Source: an uncultured Bacteroidales bacterium
GTDB taxonomy: Bacteria; Bacteroidota; Bacteroidia; Bacteroidales; JAADJA01
Length of the DNA stretch: 64,000 bases
Assembly (NCBI GenBank): GCA_963705185.1
Contig: CAVPJF010000004.1
Span: forward strand, 26,966 to 90,965
Direction: 5' to 3'
Shown here: piece after piece, positions 21,401 to 32,412 of the stretch
Layout: every line of letters begins with the position of its first letter
Position numbering within the stretch: position 1 is the first letter of the stretch
Notes under the pieces: model-generated
Told to the model about the DNA's origin: nothing
Databases searched by the model: none
Seen by the model: the letters and a program-made list of their open reading frames with translations, nothing else
Translations under genes and position numbers: made by a program

Positions 21401-22666
21401 GCCGAACACTCACCCTATTATGTGGAAGGGGACCTGTCCATACAAAATGGTCAAACACTCACTATTGAACCGGGCGTAAAGGTTGCCGTCCGGGGGCCTT
21501 ATCATTTTACTGTTCAGGGATGTGTTATGGCTGAAGGAACTGAAGATGACAATATCATCTTCATAAGTTCCAATCCAGTTCTTTGGTGGGATGGGTTTGA
21601 TTATCGGTGGACACCCTCTGCAAATGATACTTCCGTATTCGATCATTGCACTTTTAAACAGAGCTCTGCTCAGGGGCCTGCTAATTTAAATTTAAATTGC
21701 GGAGGCGTTTTTGCAATCACGAGTTATAACAAATTAAAAATTTGCAATTCAATGTTTAATAACAATAAAGCCGATTTAACAACACCTTCCTATTACGCAT
21801 GCGGCGGAGCTATCGCACTTATAACTGCAAGCCCTGTTATCAGCAACTGTGTTTTTTATAACAATGTTGCTCAATTTGGCGGTGCATTGTTTTGTTATGC
21901 AAATTCCAACCCTGAAATAAGCAGATGTCTTTTTTATAACAATCATGCGGTAGCTGCCGGGGCTATCGCTATAAATAATTTTTGCCATCTCACTCTGTTA
22001 AATAATACGATAATTTTAAATAGTGTCGAAAATACGGGTGGTGGCGTTGAGGTTTATGATCATTGTGAACCTGATCTCATCAATAATATCATATGGGACA
22101 ATCAGGCTTCAACTGGAAGTCAGGTCAGTGTTGCAACCAATGATTGCAATGTTGATATCACTTATAATGATATTGAAGGCGGCGAGGCTGGTATTGGCCC
22201 TTATGGTATCGGAACAGGAGTCTATGAAAACAATATTGACGAAGACCCCGAATTTTTAGATGTGTCAGCCTTCGATTTTCATATTTATGAATCGTCACCC
22301 TGCCACAACTCTGGTGATCCTTCCATTTTAGATCCGGATGGATCTGTATCTGATATGGGCTATTGTTTCACATTGTGTACTACATCAGTTGATGAATCCT
22401 TCCTTTCGGATATGCAACTGACTGTTCTCCCGAATCCGGTTGGAGCAAGTTCTTTAATTGAATATTCATTGCTTCATAATTCTCCTGTCACGATAAAAAT
22501 AGTTGACCTCAGCGGGCGGGAAATAGCAACGCTTGCAGATGAATTCCAGCAACAGGGTGAGCAAAAAGTAGTATTCAATACTACTGCTTTACCGGCAGGG
22601 GTTTATTTCTGTGTATTGAAAACCAATGAAGGAATACAAACAAGGAAAATGATTAAGCTCGATTGA
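18451..22666 (+). CDS. Large T9SS cargo protein: beta-helix + two tandem unrecognised ~210-aa domains + beta-helix + CTD; frameshift near 19330
   Basis: Signal peptide; beta-helix nearly identical in part to the upstream gene; duplicated QGL.ADNEG.A.WDADG.GPEP.G.GH domain; SGTWT..SPYYV.GD..I..GQTLTIEPGV beta-helix; CTD PNPV...LPAGVYFCVLK...RKMIKLD. Confidence 0.85.
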
Positions 22667-22688
22667 TCAGAGGTTCAGATCAATCATG

Positions 22689-22727
22689 AAAAAAGGTCAT
22701 CGAATGATTTTGGTGACCTTTTGTTTT
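22689..22727 (+). terminator. Rho-independent terminator
   Basis: AAAAGGTCATC...GGTGACCTTTT stem followed by a T-tract, right after the stop at 22666. Confidence 0.7.
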
Positions 22728-22816
22728 ATCATACAGACACAATGCCTGAATTTTGTTTTGCAGTATTTGCAGAATAAATATTATTTTTAACTTCTCAATA
22801 TCATCCTGATCATTCA

Positions 22817-23827
22817 ATGAAAGTAAAAGTACCTATTCTTTCATTACTCCTTTTTCAGTTTTTCCGGTTAACCGGGCAATTACCCCCTGCCATCAGTTTC
22901 CCTGAGATTGGAAACGAAGATGAACTGAACATCAAGCAAAACGGAGCCCGTATCATTGATCCCCGTCCTATCATTGAATTAAAAGTGGCCAACGACATGA
23001 CATTTTTCACCGATCAGTATTTTTCGAGTGGAATAGAGCTAAAAGCTTTTACAACCTGGATGGCAAAATCCCCGTTTGATAAGATTTTATTGCGTCATCC
23101 TAAAGATGCATTGAACTATTATGCCATTACCTTTACGCATAACCTTTATACTCCGATTTACATTGATACGGTTTCTCATCGCACCGTGGATCATCCGTTT
23201 GCTGCCTATTTATTATTTGGCAACAGAAAAGAATCCTTTAATGAACGACGAAGATATAAAGTAACTTCAGAGCTGCAGTTAGGATTGATCGGGCCATTGG
23301 CAGGTGGACAGGCTTTTCAGAATACCCTGCATGATCATATAGCCATTGCAGGGCCTGTCAAAGGATGGGAGAATCAGATCGATAACGACCTATGCTTACA
23401 GTACTCCTCTGCAATAGAGAAGGGCATCGCAGATGTTCAAGGGTTCGAATTGAATGCATATGCTGCCGGAAAGTTGGGTATCCCTCACACAGAAGCCCAG
23501 CTAGGTATGTACTTCAGGGGTGGCTGGTTCGATGATTATTTCCGGCATATCGGGATCAATAAGAATAGAACCTGGCAGGTTTGGCTATTTTGTACAGGAG
23601 ATTTTACCTTTGTAGCTTATAATGCCGTATTACAGGGGGGAATGTTTAATCGCGGAGATGCAATTACAATGCAAACCATTAACCATTTTTTGTGGCATAC
23701 ACGGTTTGGAGGCACACTGGTGTATAAAACCATAAAAATTGAAATTGCACAGGAAGTCATATCTCCGTCATTCCCAACAGCACTCTGGCACAGGTGGGCA
23801 TACGTCAGTTTGATGGTTGGTTTTTAA
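22817..23827 (+). CDS. Lipid A deacylase LpxR-family (DUF2219) outer-membrane beta-barrel
   Basis: ANDMTFFTDQYFSSG, HNLYTP, DHPFAAYL, QNTLH and GWENQI; C-terminal Phe. Confidence 0.8.
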   Translation: MKVKVPILSLLLFQFFRLTGQLPPAISFPEIGNEDELNIKQNGARIIDPRPIIELKVANDMTFFTDQYFSSGIELKAFTTWMAKSPFDKILLRHPKDALNYYAITFTHNLYTPIYIDTVSHRTVDHPFAAYLLFGNRKESFNERRRYKVTSELQLGLIGPLAGGQAFQNTLHDHIAIAGPVKGWENQIDNDLCLQYSSAIEKGIADVQGFELNAYAAGKLGIPHTEAQLGMYFRGGWFDDYFRHIGINKNRTWQVWLFCTGDFTFVAYNAVLQGGMFNRGDAITMQTINHFLWHTRFGGTLVYKTIKIEIAQEVISPSFPTALWHRWAYVSLMVGF

Positions 23828-23837
23828 TAAAAGACAA

Positions 23838-23907
23838 TATTTCTGTGTTTTAAAAGCAAATTGAGGAGTGAAAACGAGGAAAATGATTAAGCTCGATTGA
23901 TCAGAGG
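23838..23907 (+). pseudogene. Second orphan T9SS CTD tail remnant
   Basis: Reads YFCVLKAN*GVKTRKMIKLD*. The 31 bp AGGAAAATGATTAAGCTCGATTGATCAGAGG at 23877..23907 are identical to 22643..22673. Confidence 0.8.
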
Positions 23908-23930
23908 CTCAATAGCAAACCAATTAAAAA

Positions 23931-24103
23931 GAGGCTGTATCAAAAGTTTAATTTTCGATATTTTTTAACTTTGTGCACCTTCGTGTGAACCTTCCTGACG
24001 TCAGGCAGGCTTTGTGATTCTTTGTGGTTCAGTGGTTTAGCTTAACCACAAAGTTGCACTAAGAAATGAACAAAGTAACACAAAGGACCTTTGAGATAGT
24101 CTC
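23931..24103. mobile_element. 173-bp MITE, empty copy
   Basis: Terminal inverted repeats GAGGCTGTATCAAAAG and CCTTTGAGATAGTCTC. Collinear and highly similar to the IS-interrupted copy at 58441..58514 + 59985..60083. Confidence 0.85.
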
Positions 24104-24168
24104 GTTTTTTACAACACATTCATTGTATTTTACCGGTAAAAAAATTTTTCAGATTTTATTTATTTATT

Positions 24169-24176
24169 TAACTTTG
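24169..24176 (+). promoter_or_regulatory. -7 promoter element TAACTTTG for the LPP20 operon
   Basis: Matches TAnnTTTG about 50 bp upstream of ATG 24227. Confidence 0.6.
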
Positions 24177-24226
24177 ACCTTCCGTTTTTAAAATGATTAA
24201 ACAACATTAACCGTAAAAAAAAGAGT

Positions 24227-24823
24227 ATGAAAAATTATTACAAAATTTCAAGTGCTATGATGCTTGCAGCCCTTGTATTGGCTGTTGTAATCAGTGGCTG
24301 CAAATCAAAGGAAAAAGCTGCATCAACGAAAGATCAGGGCGAAACCCTGATTGAAGTTTATTGTTCAGGGCCGGAATACCAGTCGAACAATGAGTATTTC
24401 AGGGCTAACCAGGTTGGCGAAAGCGTAGATCAGGCTACCGCTAAGAAAAAAGCCACGAGCAATGCCCGTGCCGACCTTGCTGCTGCTATCGAAACACAGG
24501 TTAAGGGCGTCATCGACAATTACGTGAATTCGCGCGAAATGAATAACCAGGAAGAAGCCGAAGAGCGCTTTGAATCACTGACCCGTGAAGTGATCAACCA
24601 AAAGCTGACCGGCGTTAAAACCATTTGCGAAAAAACCACCAAAACAAGCACAGGTAATTACAAGACTTATATTGCCCTCGAACTTGCCGGTGATGAGCTG
24701 ATGAACGCCATGAACGAACGCCTTTCACAAGACGATAAGCTGAAGATCGATTATGACTATGAGCAGTTCAAAAAGACCTTCGATGCTGAAATGGAAAAAA
24801 TGGCAAAAGAAAGGAGTAACTAA
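24227..24823 (+). CDS. LPP20-family lipoprotein
   Basis: Lipobox ISGC-KSK; FRANQVGES.DQATAKKKA..NARADLA..IETQV pattern typical of LPP20/FlgP-like proteins. Confidence 0.78.
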   Translation: MKNYYKISSAMMLAALVLAVVISGCKSKEKAASTKDQGETLIEVYCSGPEYQSNNEYFRANQVGESVDQATAKKKATSNARADLAAAIETQVKGVIDNYVNSREMNNQEEAEERFESLTREVINQKLTGVKTICEKTTKTSTGNYKTYIALELAGDELMNAMNERLSQDDKLKIDYDYEQFKKTFDAEMEKMAKERSN

Positions 24824-24988
24824 ACTTTTTTCTCCACTGAATCACCAAGGCATATTCCGTTTAAGCATTATTAGCCGGCTTTCTTTGAAATGTGCCCTGG
24901 TGATTCATGCCTGATTTCGATCCTGCTGTCTATACTTGTTACCTTGTGAAATCTGTTTTATGGGATCAACACCGGAAATAGGGTTCTG

Positions 24989-26057
24989 ATGATGCCTGAT
25001 TTTAGAAATATTATTTTAGGAATTGCGATACTTTATAGTCCGTTAATTTATTCCCAGGAAAATAGTGTAATTTCAACCGAAAAGGATTACCAGAAGTTTA
25101 AGGGAACCCTTCAGGCAGAAATACAAAAAGATGGTGAGGATACCATTTCCGGTAAGCAAATCCTCCACCCTGCAAGCCTTCCCGGATGGTTGTTTTCAAT
25201 TCCTGAATCTGATCTGAACCAGGTTTATTCCATAGGCATTTCAGATCCCGGCATGCCGGAAGAGCAGGCACGTGAGCTGGCCTGCCTGAGAGCAAAAGCG
25301 ATAATTGCCTTGCTTGTGCATCCTAAAATTACCGGGATTACTGATAATTATTCCGGCGAAAAGCAGGCAGCTGGCGAAGATAAGTTTACTACGAAATATG
25401 GGAACCTTTATAGGATCGGATCAAAAGTTGGAATATCGGGAAGTAGATTTGAGCAGCAGGAATACTTTTATACTTCGTTTGGAGAAGCGATAGTCCTGAT
25501 GAAGTGCAGCCTTGCAAGCGAACAGCAACTTACTGACAGCATTGAAGCGATCGCCGAAGTTTACCAGATGGAACGACAGAAAAATAATGTGTTTGAAACA
25601 GAAGAGAAAACCAATCTGGTTATCCATTTTCGCTTCGCAGAAAATTCATTGCCCGAAAAACATTTAAGTTATTCGGTTCACACGCTGAATAATATTTTGG
25701 AAATCAATTCCGAAATGGATGGTAAACCGGTTACTTTTCCATATTTCAATTTCAGGTATATTGGCGAAAGTGATTCACTGTCAAATTTCGATGGAAGACA
25801 ATATCAGCAATAAGTTGAATTATGGTCTTTGGAAAACCTATTTTGAAATCCTCATTCAAAAGATTTTATTTTTATCCCAATCCGCTGGTTTTGAAATAAA
25901 ACAGGTCGGCGATGACTTTGCGTCGGGGAATAAAAATTTATCCCGTGAAATCGCGGAAGCCGATCCTTCATTTACGATTACAGGATTGCGGATCGTGCAA
26001 CAATTACCTTATGTTAGATGTGGATTATTTGAATACCAGGAAATGATCAAATTATAA
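24989..26057 (+). CDS. Hypothetical exported protein with an LPP20-like segment; frameshift near 25795
   Basis: Signal peptide; LPGWLF..P......YSIGISDPG...EQARELA.LRAKA resembles the LPP20 P.W...G...A...A..RA motif. Confidence 0.65.
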
Positions 26058-26068
26058 AACGCACAGAA

Positions 26069-28711
26069 ATGAAGAAATTACTGATTCTGATTTCAGCCAT
26101 ATTCGTTTGCACGATGATCAAGTCTCAGACCTTTGAAGAATTTAAGAAGCAAAGAGCGGATGAAATGGCAGCCATGAAGCAAAAACAACAGGAGTTCATC
26201 GACCGGATGCAAAACGAGTTTAATGAATATGTAAAGCAAAGAGACCAGGAATTTGCCGACTATCTGAAAAAGCAATGGGAGCAATTCAATGTAATGAAAG
26301 GCATTCCCCCGCCGGAACGACCCAAACCCGTTGTAACACCGGAATATAAACCAGAGCCGCCAAGGGAAGGGAAATGGGCAAAAATGCCGGTCATCAAACC
26401 TTCGGTGAACGTTAAAAAGGAGATGCAGAAAGAGATCAGAATACCTGTTGTGCAAAAAACCGATGAGGAGGTATATGACAAAGGAAGTATGACCTTCGGT
26501 TTTTTTGGCTTTCGGTTGATTCTCGACTATGACCGGAAGATCAAATTCGATCCGCCGGCAATAATTAATCCTTCAACCATAAGCAGCATTTGGGAAAAAC
26601 TAAGCGGAACCAACTATACCAACCTGGTGAACCAGTTACAGAAATACAAGACAGACATGAATCTGAATGACTACGGTTATTATCTGATGATTCAGCAATT
26701 CTCAAAAGCCATTTATCCCGATTCTCAGAATGGTGAAGATTTGCTCTCATGGAACCTCCTGACGCGGTCGGGTTATAAATCAAGGATTGCCTACGCCGAT
26801 AACAAGGTCAGCTTGCTTATTCCTTCCCAATATACACTGTATTCAAAGAACTTTATGCAGTCGGAAGGTTTGAATTATTATATGATGCGGGATATCGGTA
26901 CGAATATTTATACTTACGATAAAGATTATCCGGATGCCAGTAACCTGATCGATTTTTCGTTTGAAAGCCCGCTCAACCTCACCAAAAATGTGAAGCAAAA
27001 AACTTATAGCTTTACTTTTAATGACAAACCTTACTCTTTTAATTTTTATGTGAATCAAAACCTGATCGACTTTTATAAAGAATACCCACAAGCCGATCTG
27101 AATGTTTATTTTGATGCGCCGGTTTCGGGCGAGACCAAAGAATCGATCGTCGATAATTTTAAACCGGTCATTGAAAGCATGAGCGAAACAGAAGCAGTTG
27201 GGTTTCTCTTAAAATTCGTTCAGACTTCATTTAATTACCAAACCGACCAGCAACAATTCCTGAAAGAAAAGTTTTTCTTTCCTGAAGAGGTACTGTATTA
27301 TCCCTATTCCGACTGCGAAGACCGCTCTATCTTCTTTGCCTATCTTGTCAAAACCCTGTTGAATAATAAAGTTATTGGCATAGAGTATCCGGGTCATGTG
27401 GCAACGGCAGTTCATTTTAATTCTGAAATTGAAGGTGATTTTGTGACTTACAATGGAGAAAAGTATATCATAGCCGATGCCACTTTCGAAAATGCTCCTC
27501 TTGGCATGGCGATGCCGGAGTACAGGAACGCTGAGGGTAAGATTATTGAAATAGATCAGTACATGAACCGGGGGGCTGAGAACAAATCTTTTTGGGAAAT
27601 TGCTCGCAAGGCTGGTGGTCAAAGGGGTGACAATCTAACTGATATAGTTTTTGATGAAACAGGCAATGCCTATCTCACCGGATACTATACCGGAAATGCA
27701 ACTTTTGGGAATTTCAGCTTAAGTGGCAATAGTGATCTTCGAAATGTGTTCGTAGCTAAATATGATAAAAGTGGAAACGTCGTTTGGGCGAAGAAAGTCT
27801 CCGGCACTAACAATGCCTCCGGATTCTCAATTTTATATGACGCTGCAGGCGACATTTATATTTCAGGTTCCTTCAGCGGTAAGATTGAATTTGAAAATGG
27901 ACTTGCCGCTTTGCAATGCATGGAGGGATTGTCTGATGTTTTCATTGCAAAATACACTGGTTCCGGGCAATTTAAATGGGCAACGAAAATCGGGCTGGAT
28001 ACTTACCCGCAGGAAAACTATCTCACTTATCTGGCCAAATGCACCAAAGACGGGGTAAATAAGGGAACTGCATTTTACAATGAAAATGAAGGTTTCAGCA
28101 ACTTTGGTTTGCAATCAGGTCCCATGGGATTGCTATACCTCACAGGAACATTCCAAAAATCCACAGGAGCTATAGTCGGTAGCCTGGCTTTGAATACAAA
28201 TGAAATAAAGGAGTTCAACCTTATCGAAAGCCTGAAAGCGGAAAGTGATAACCTGGTTTCTGCCAGGTATGAGAAGAACATTGCAGGGGTCTTTTCGGTA
28301 ATGAACCACATGAAATTATCAGGAGTTAAAATCTCGGGAGAAGATGTGAAGAAAGCGCTTGATAAATACAATCCCGGATTTAAAAAATTATATCCTGAAA
28401 TTTATGATAATCTTGGGAAGATAAATTTTATGCTGAATAATGACGGTATAGTCAAGCTTGAAACCCTTGATGGCTCATCTGTTATTTTTGACAAGCTTAA
28501 GATCAGCAGTGGGGCAACCTTGAAAATATCTTCATTTCAAAGTGGCGACGCGCAACTGGATGTGCTTTCCGGAATCTCGGTCGGGAAAATGGTGATCTGG
28601 TTCGACCTGAACTATGTGAAGCTATATAAACTGGATGGCAACCTTCTTTTCGACTATGATTCGGATCATACCCAAAAGATGATGAACCTGAAAGCTGATA
28701 TTCTTAAATGA
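26069..28711 (+). CDS. Exported transglutaminase-like (Cys-His-Asp) protein with N-terminal coiled coil and C-terminal SBBP-like beta-propeller repeats
   Basis: Signal peptide; FEEFKKQ..EFNEY..RDQEFADYL coil and a Pro-rich linker; YSDCEDRS...YPGHVATAV...IIADAT triad; D..GN.Y.TG / FVAKYD..GN..W repeats. Confidence 0.8.
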   Translation: MKKLLILISAIFVCTMIKSQTFEEFKKQRADEMAAMKQKQQEFIDRMQNEFNEYVKQRDQEFADYLKKQWEQFNVMKGIPPPERPKPVVTPEYKPEPPREGKWAKMPVIKPSVNVKKEMQKEIRIPVVQKTDEEVYDKGSMTFGFFGFRLILDYDRKIKFDPPAIINPSTISSIWEKLSGTNYTNLVNQLQKYKTDMNLNDYGYYLMIQQFSKAIYPDSQNGEDLLSWNLLTRSGYKSRIAYADNKVSLLIPSQYTLYSKNFMQSEGLNYYMMRDIGTNIYTYDKDYPDASNLIDFSFESPLNLTKNVKQKTYSFTFNDKPYSFNFYVNQNLIDFYKEYPQADLNVYFDAPVSGETKESIVDNFKPVIESMSETEAVGFLLKFVQTSFNYQTDQQQFLKEKFFFPEEVLYYPYSDCEDRSIFFAYLVKTLLNNKVIGIEYPGHVATAVHFNSEIEGDFVTYNGEKYIIADATFENAPLGMAMPEYRNAEGKIIEIDQYMNRGAENKSFWEIARKAGGQRGDNLTDIVFDETGNAYLTGYYTGNATFGNFSLSGNSDLRNVFVAKYDKSGNVVWAKKVSGTNNASGFSILYDAAGDIYISGSFSGKIEFENGLAALQCMEGLSDVFIAKYTGSGQFKWATKIGLDTYPQENYLTYLAKCTKDGVNKGTAFYNENEGFSNFGLQSGPMGLLYLTGTFQKSTGAIVGSLALNTNEIKEFNLIESLKAESDNLVSARYEKNIAGVFSVMNHMKLSGVKISGEDVKKALDKYNPGFKKLYPEIYDNLGKINFMLNNDGIVKLETLDGSSVIFDKLKISSGATLKISSFQSGDAQLDVLSGISVGKMVIWFDLNYVKLYKLDGNLLFDYDSDHTQKMMNLKADILK

Positions 28712-28781
28712 TATTATGGTTTAAATTTTTTGAATTATCTAAATAGTTTATAATTTCGGAAAATAACCCAATACAGGTAAA

Positions 28782-29810
28782 ATGAAAATTAAATTGAATA
28801 AAATGAAACTTAAAAAAGTTCTACCCCTTTTGGTAATGTTTCTGTTTGCCGGAAATTTTTTCTTTGCTTGTAAAAAAATTGATCTTGTTAGGATTGCATA
28901 TGTAAAGACGGAAACTGTTAGTAATATTAATCAGAGTTCAGCCACAGCAAATGGCGTAATAGTTGACCTGGGGGAAGGTGGAATTAAAGACCACGGTTTT
29001 TGCTGGTCGCTTTCAAATATTAATTCATTGCCAACAATAAATGATAATATAGTAAGTAAAGGTGCGACTTCTGTTTTGGGGGATTATTCATTTGTCATAA
29101 CAGGTTTGTCGTCAAATTCGGATTATTCCATCCGGTCGTATGCAAGAGATGATAATGGTGTTCAGTATGGTGATGCACTAAAATTTACAACACCTACCTC
29201 CGGTGGTACAGGTTTTTGGTTAAAATATGATGATGGAACAAACTCTACGGGTATCGGCTTGACCAATGGTTCAAATTTTGACTATGCCATTCGCTTTCCA
29301 ACACAGGCGCTTACGAACTACGACGGGTACAGGATTTCAAAGATCAGGTTTTTTCCTAAAGAACCAGCAGTTTTTTATGCAGAAGTATTCGATGGAATAA
29401 ATCCACCATCACTTGTTTTTTATGAAGAGATAGCAAGCCCGGTTTTGAATTCATGGAATGAATACACTCCTGCCTATAATTATTATATTGATTCTGGTGT
29501 TGAGTTATGGGTAGGAATATGGGTTACCAATTATGTCATGGGAACCTATCCGGCAGGTTGTGATAATGGGCCAGCCATTGCAGGGGCAGGAGATATGATT
29601 TCATTTGATAACGGCATTTCATGGGAATCGCTTTATTACGGGAACGCTGAACTAAATTATAACTGGAACCTTGAAGTTTTTGTAACCAATCAGAAAGGCG
29701 AGGAAGCAAAGCTCTCCTCCATTCCTGAAAATGGTAATAAAAAACTGAGTCATACAAAGGGCGGAAATGGTTCAGCAGGTTTAGTCGTTTCTGAAAAGGA
29801 CGTGAAATAA
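28782..29810 (+). CDS. Lipoprotein with a fibronectin type III-like domain and a C-terminal beta-sandwich
   Basis: Lipobox FFAC-KK; HGFCWS...ITGLSSNSDYSIRSYA....QYG...FTT FN3-like pattern; LKYDDG domain. Confidence 0.7.
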   Translation: MKIKLNKMKLKKVLPLLVMFLFAGNFFFACKKIDLVRIAYVKTETVSNINQSSATANGVIVDLGEGGIKDHGFCWSLSNINSLPTINDNIVSKGATSVLGDYSFVITGLSSNSDYSIRSYARDDNGVQYGDALKFTTPTSGGTGFWLKYDDGTNSTGIGLTNGSNFDYAIRFPTQALTNYDGYRISKIRFFPKEPAVFYAEVFDGINPPSLVFYEEIASPVLNSWNEYTPAYNYYIDSGVELWVGIWVTNYVMGTYPAGCDNGPAIAGAGDMISFDNGISWESLYYGNAELNYNWNLEVFVTNQKGEEAKLSSIPENGNKKLSHTKGGNGSAGLVVSEKDVK

Positions 29811-29835
29811 TTGTACAATTGATAAATTAGCAAAA

Positions 29836-30657
29836 ATGAGAAAATTCACAATAGTTTTCCTGATAATAGCCACAGCTTTAACAACCTTGTCAATCAGCAA
29901 TTGTATTCAGGCTCAATCGGCTGCAAAAATTGAAAACATTGCATTTGATGCTGAGGGATCAAAACTGGCTATCACCTACGATATTGCCAAGTATAAAGAA
30001 GGTGAAACTTTTGAGATTTGGGTTAAAATTGTTACTGCTTCCGGAAAGACATTAATTCCTGTTACCATGTATGGAGATGTGAACAAAGGGGTTTCCGGTG
30101 GAACAGGTAAACGTATAGTCTGGGATATTGAGGCTGATAATGTTACCATTGATGAGGAATTTTCGGTTGAGGTGTATGGACGTGTTGATAGTAAATCTTC
30201 AACCCAGGTTGCAAATGAAACAGTAAAGGAAAAACCGCAAAATAACAAAGGTACGGGAATAAGTGTGGGAAAAGCGCTGGCGCTTTCTGCATTGCTTCCA
30301 GGATTAGGAAACAAGGCGGTAACAGGAATCGGTGCTCAATGGTTGTTGGGCGTTGCCGGTTACGGTTGTATTGCCGGATCCATTATTCTCAACAATTCAG
30401 CATACAACGCATATGAAGATTATAAACTTGCAGACAATGCCGAGGACCGGGACGATTATTTCAGCAAAGCAGAAAATAATGATAAAACCTCTAAGATCCT
30501 GATGTATTCTGCTGTCGGTATTTGGGTTGCCGATCTGGTGTGGACAGGTCTCCAGGCTAATAAGGCACGAAAAAATTCAAATCCGAAAGTATCGTTCAAT
30601 TATTACTATGATTCTTACTTAAACGAACCCTTGTTTGGACTGAGTTACCGGTTTTAA
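29836..30657 (+). CDS. Exported/membrane protein with a DUF5683-like C-terminal region
   Basis: Signal peptide; ITYDI...GDV..GV.GG.GKRIVWD N-domain; ALSALLPGLG followed by hydrophobic segments. Confidence 0.6.
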   Translation: MRKFTIVFLIIATALTTLSISNCIQAQSAAKIENIAFDAEGSKLAITYDIAKYKEGETFEIWVKIVTASGKTLIPVTMYGDVNKGVSGGTGKRIVWDIEADNVTIDEEFSVEVYGRVDSKSSTQVANETVKEKPQNNKGTGISVGKALALSALLPGLGNKAVTGIGAQWLLGVAGYGCIAGSIILNNSAYNAYEDYKLADNAEDRDDYFSKAENNDKTSKILMYSAVGIWVADLVWTGLQANKARKNSNPKVSFNYYYDSYLNEPLFGLSYRF

Positions 30658-30660
30658 TTA

Positions 30661-32395
30661 ATGAAATTGAAAATTGATAATACTATGAAAACTTACATGA
30701 TCTTGCTTCTTCTTGTAATTTTTTCTCTCCCTTCCAGAGGACAGGTGATTTCAGGAAAGAGTGAGCAGAAAAAAGTTACTTTTACTAAAACGGAACGGGC
30801 TGTCGTAACCAAACTTCCTGATCTGGTGATAACCGGTGAAAAATTCACTGATGAAAATCAAAATAATTTTATTGATGCTACTGAAAAGTGCCAGATCAGC
30901 CTTAATGTTGATAATATCGGTGAAGGTTTAGCCAACAATGTAAATGTAAAACTGTCCATCAAAAATCCTTCCCTTAAAGGGCTTGAGTTTTCAGGTACTT
31001 ATCCTCTTGGTGATTTACAGGGAAACAGCAGCAAAAATATTACTATTCCTGTTACAGGAAACATGAATCTTCAGAACGGGATTGCTGAATTTGTAATCGA
31101 GGTGCAGGAAGAACGCGGCCTTGATGCGTTTCCGCTGGAAATAAAAATTGAAACGAAAACTTTTGCGAGTCCGAAGGTAATTGTTGCAGATGCAGTCTTC
31201 AGCACAGAAGATGGGGGCTTGATCAAGCTCAATTATCCGATCAATCTTAAAGTGATCGTTCAGAATATTGGAAAAGGCGACGCCCGGAGTGTTGTTACGG
31301 AATTCAAGTTACCTAATGCCAATTGTATATTCCTTGGTGAGAAAAATAGATTTGACCTTGGAACCCTCAGCCGGGGAGCTACTGCAGAACTTGATTTTTT
31401 ATTTACCGCAACCCGTCGGTATGTTCTCAATGAAATACCTGTATTGGTCGACATTAATGAATCGCTTAATAAGTATGGCAGAGATACCACACTCAATGTA
31501 AGTCTCGAGCAAAATCTTACCGCTCGAAGTGAGGTTGTAATCAGTGGTATAACTACTGTATCACCCGATATTACACGTCGCCTCACTTTCGTCAGAAGTC
31601 GATAAGAATATTCCCATCAATAAAACAAAACAAACTTATCGTTATGCTTTGATCATTGGAAATGAAGATTATGCCCGCTACCAGAAAGGACTTAATTCAG
31701 AAACCAATGTCGAATTTGCAAGGAATGATGCTACTATTTTTAAAGACTATGCGATTAAAACTCTTGGAGTGGATGAAATGAATGCACATCTTCTTTTGGA
31801 TGCGACAGCCGGTGAGATTTCTCAAAAGATTGACCTGATTTCAAAGCTGGCTTCCAAATCGGGTGAACAGGCTGAGTTGATTTTTTATTATGCCGGTCAT
31901 GGGCTACCGGATGAAGAAACCAAAACACCTTACCTTATTCCTGTGGATGTTACAGGAACAAACTTATCGGCAGCAATTAAACTGGAGGATATTTATAAAA
32001 AACTTGCAGAAAGCGGAGCCGGGAGAGTGACTGTTTTTCTTGATGCATGTTTCAGTGGGGGGGCCAGGGACGCAGGACTGATTGCTGCACGAAGTGTTAA
32101 AGTAAAAGCTAAAGAAAACCTGGTCACCGGTAACGTTGTTGTCTTTACGGCAAGCAGCGGTGAGCAATCGGCAATGCCTTATGACAAGGAACAACACGGT
32201 ATGTTTACCTATTTTTTATTGAAAAAACTGAAAGAATCAAAAGGCAATATAACTTATAGCGCTTTGGCTGATTACATTGCAAGCAATGTTTCGATTGAAT
32301 CGCTTAGGGTCAACCAGAAAGAACAGGATCCAAAAGTAAATGTCAGCCCCGACATTGAAAATGTCTGGAAAAACTGGAAGTTTATTCAGGATTAA
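30661..32395 (+). CDS. Exported caspase-like (peptidase C14) protein with N-terminal CARDB/Ig-like domains; frameshift near 31580 (likely start 30685)
   Basis: Signal peptide; two N.G.G.A..V Ig-like repeats; (A)LIIGNEDY, FARNDA, YYAGHG (catalytic His), FLDACFSG (catalytic Cys), HGMFTYFLL and Q.P. Confidence 0.88.
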
Positions 32396-32412
32396 TTTAA
32401 TAGGTCGGAAAA

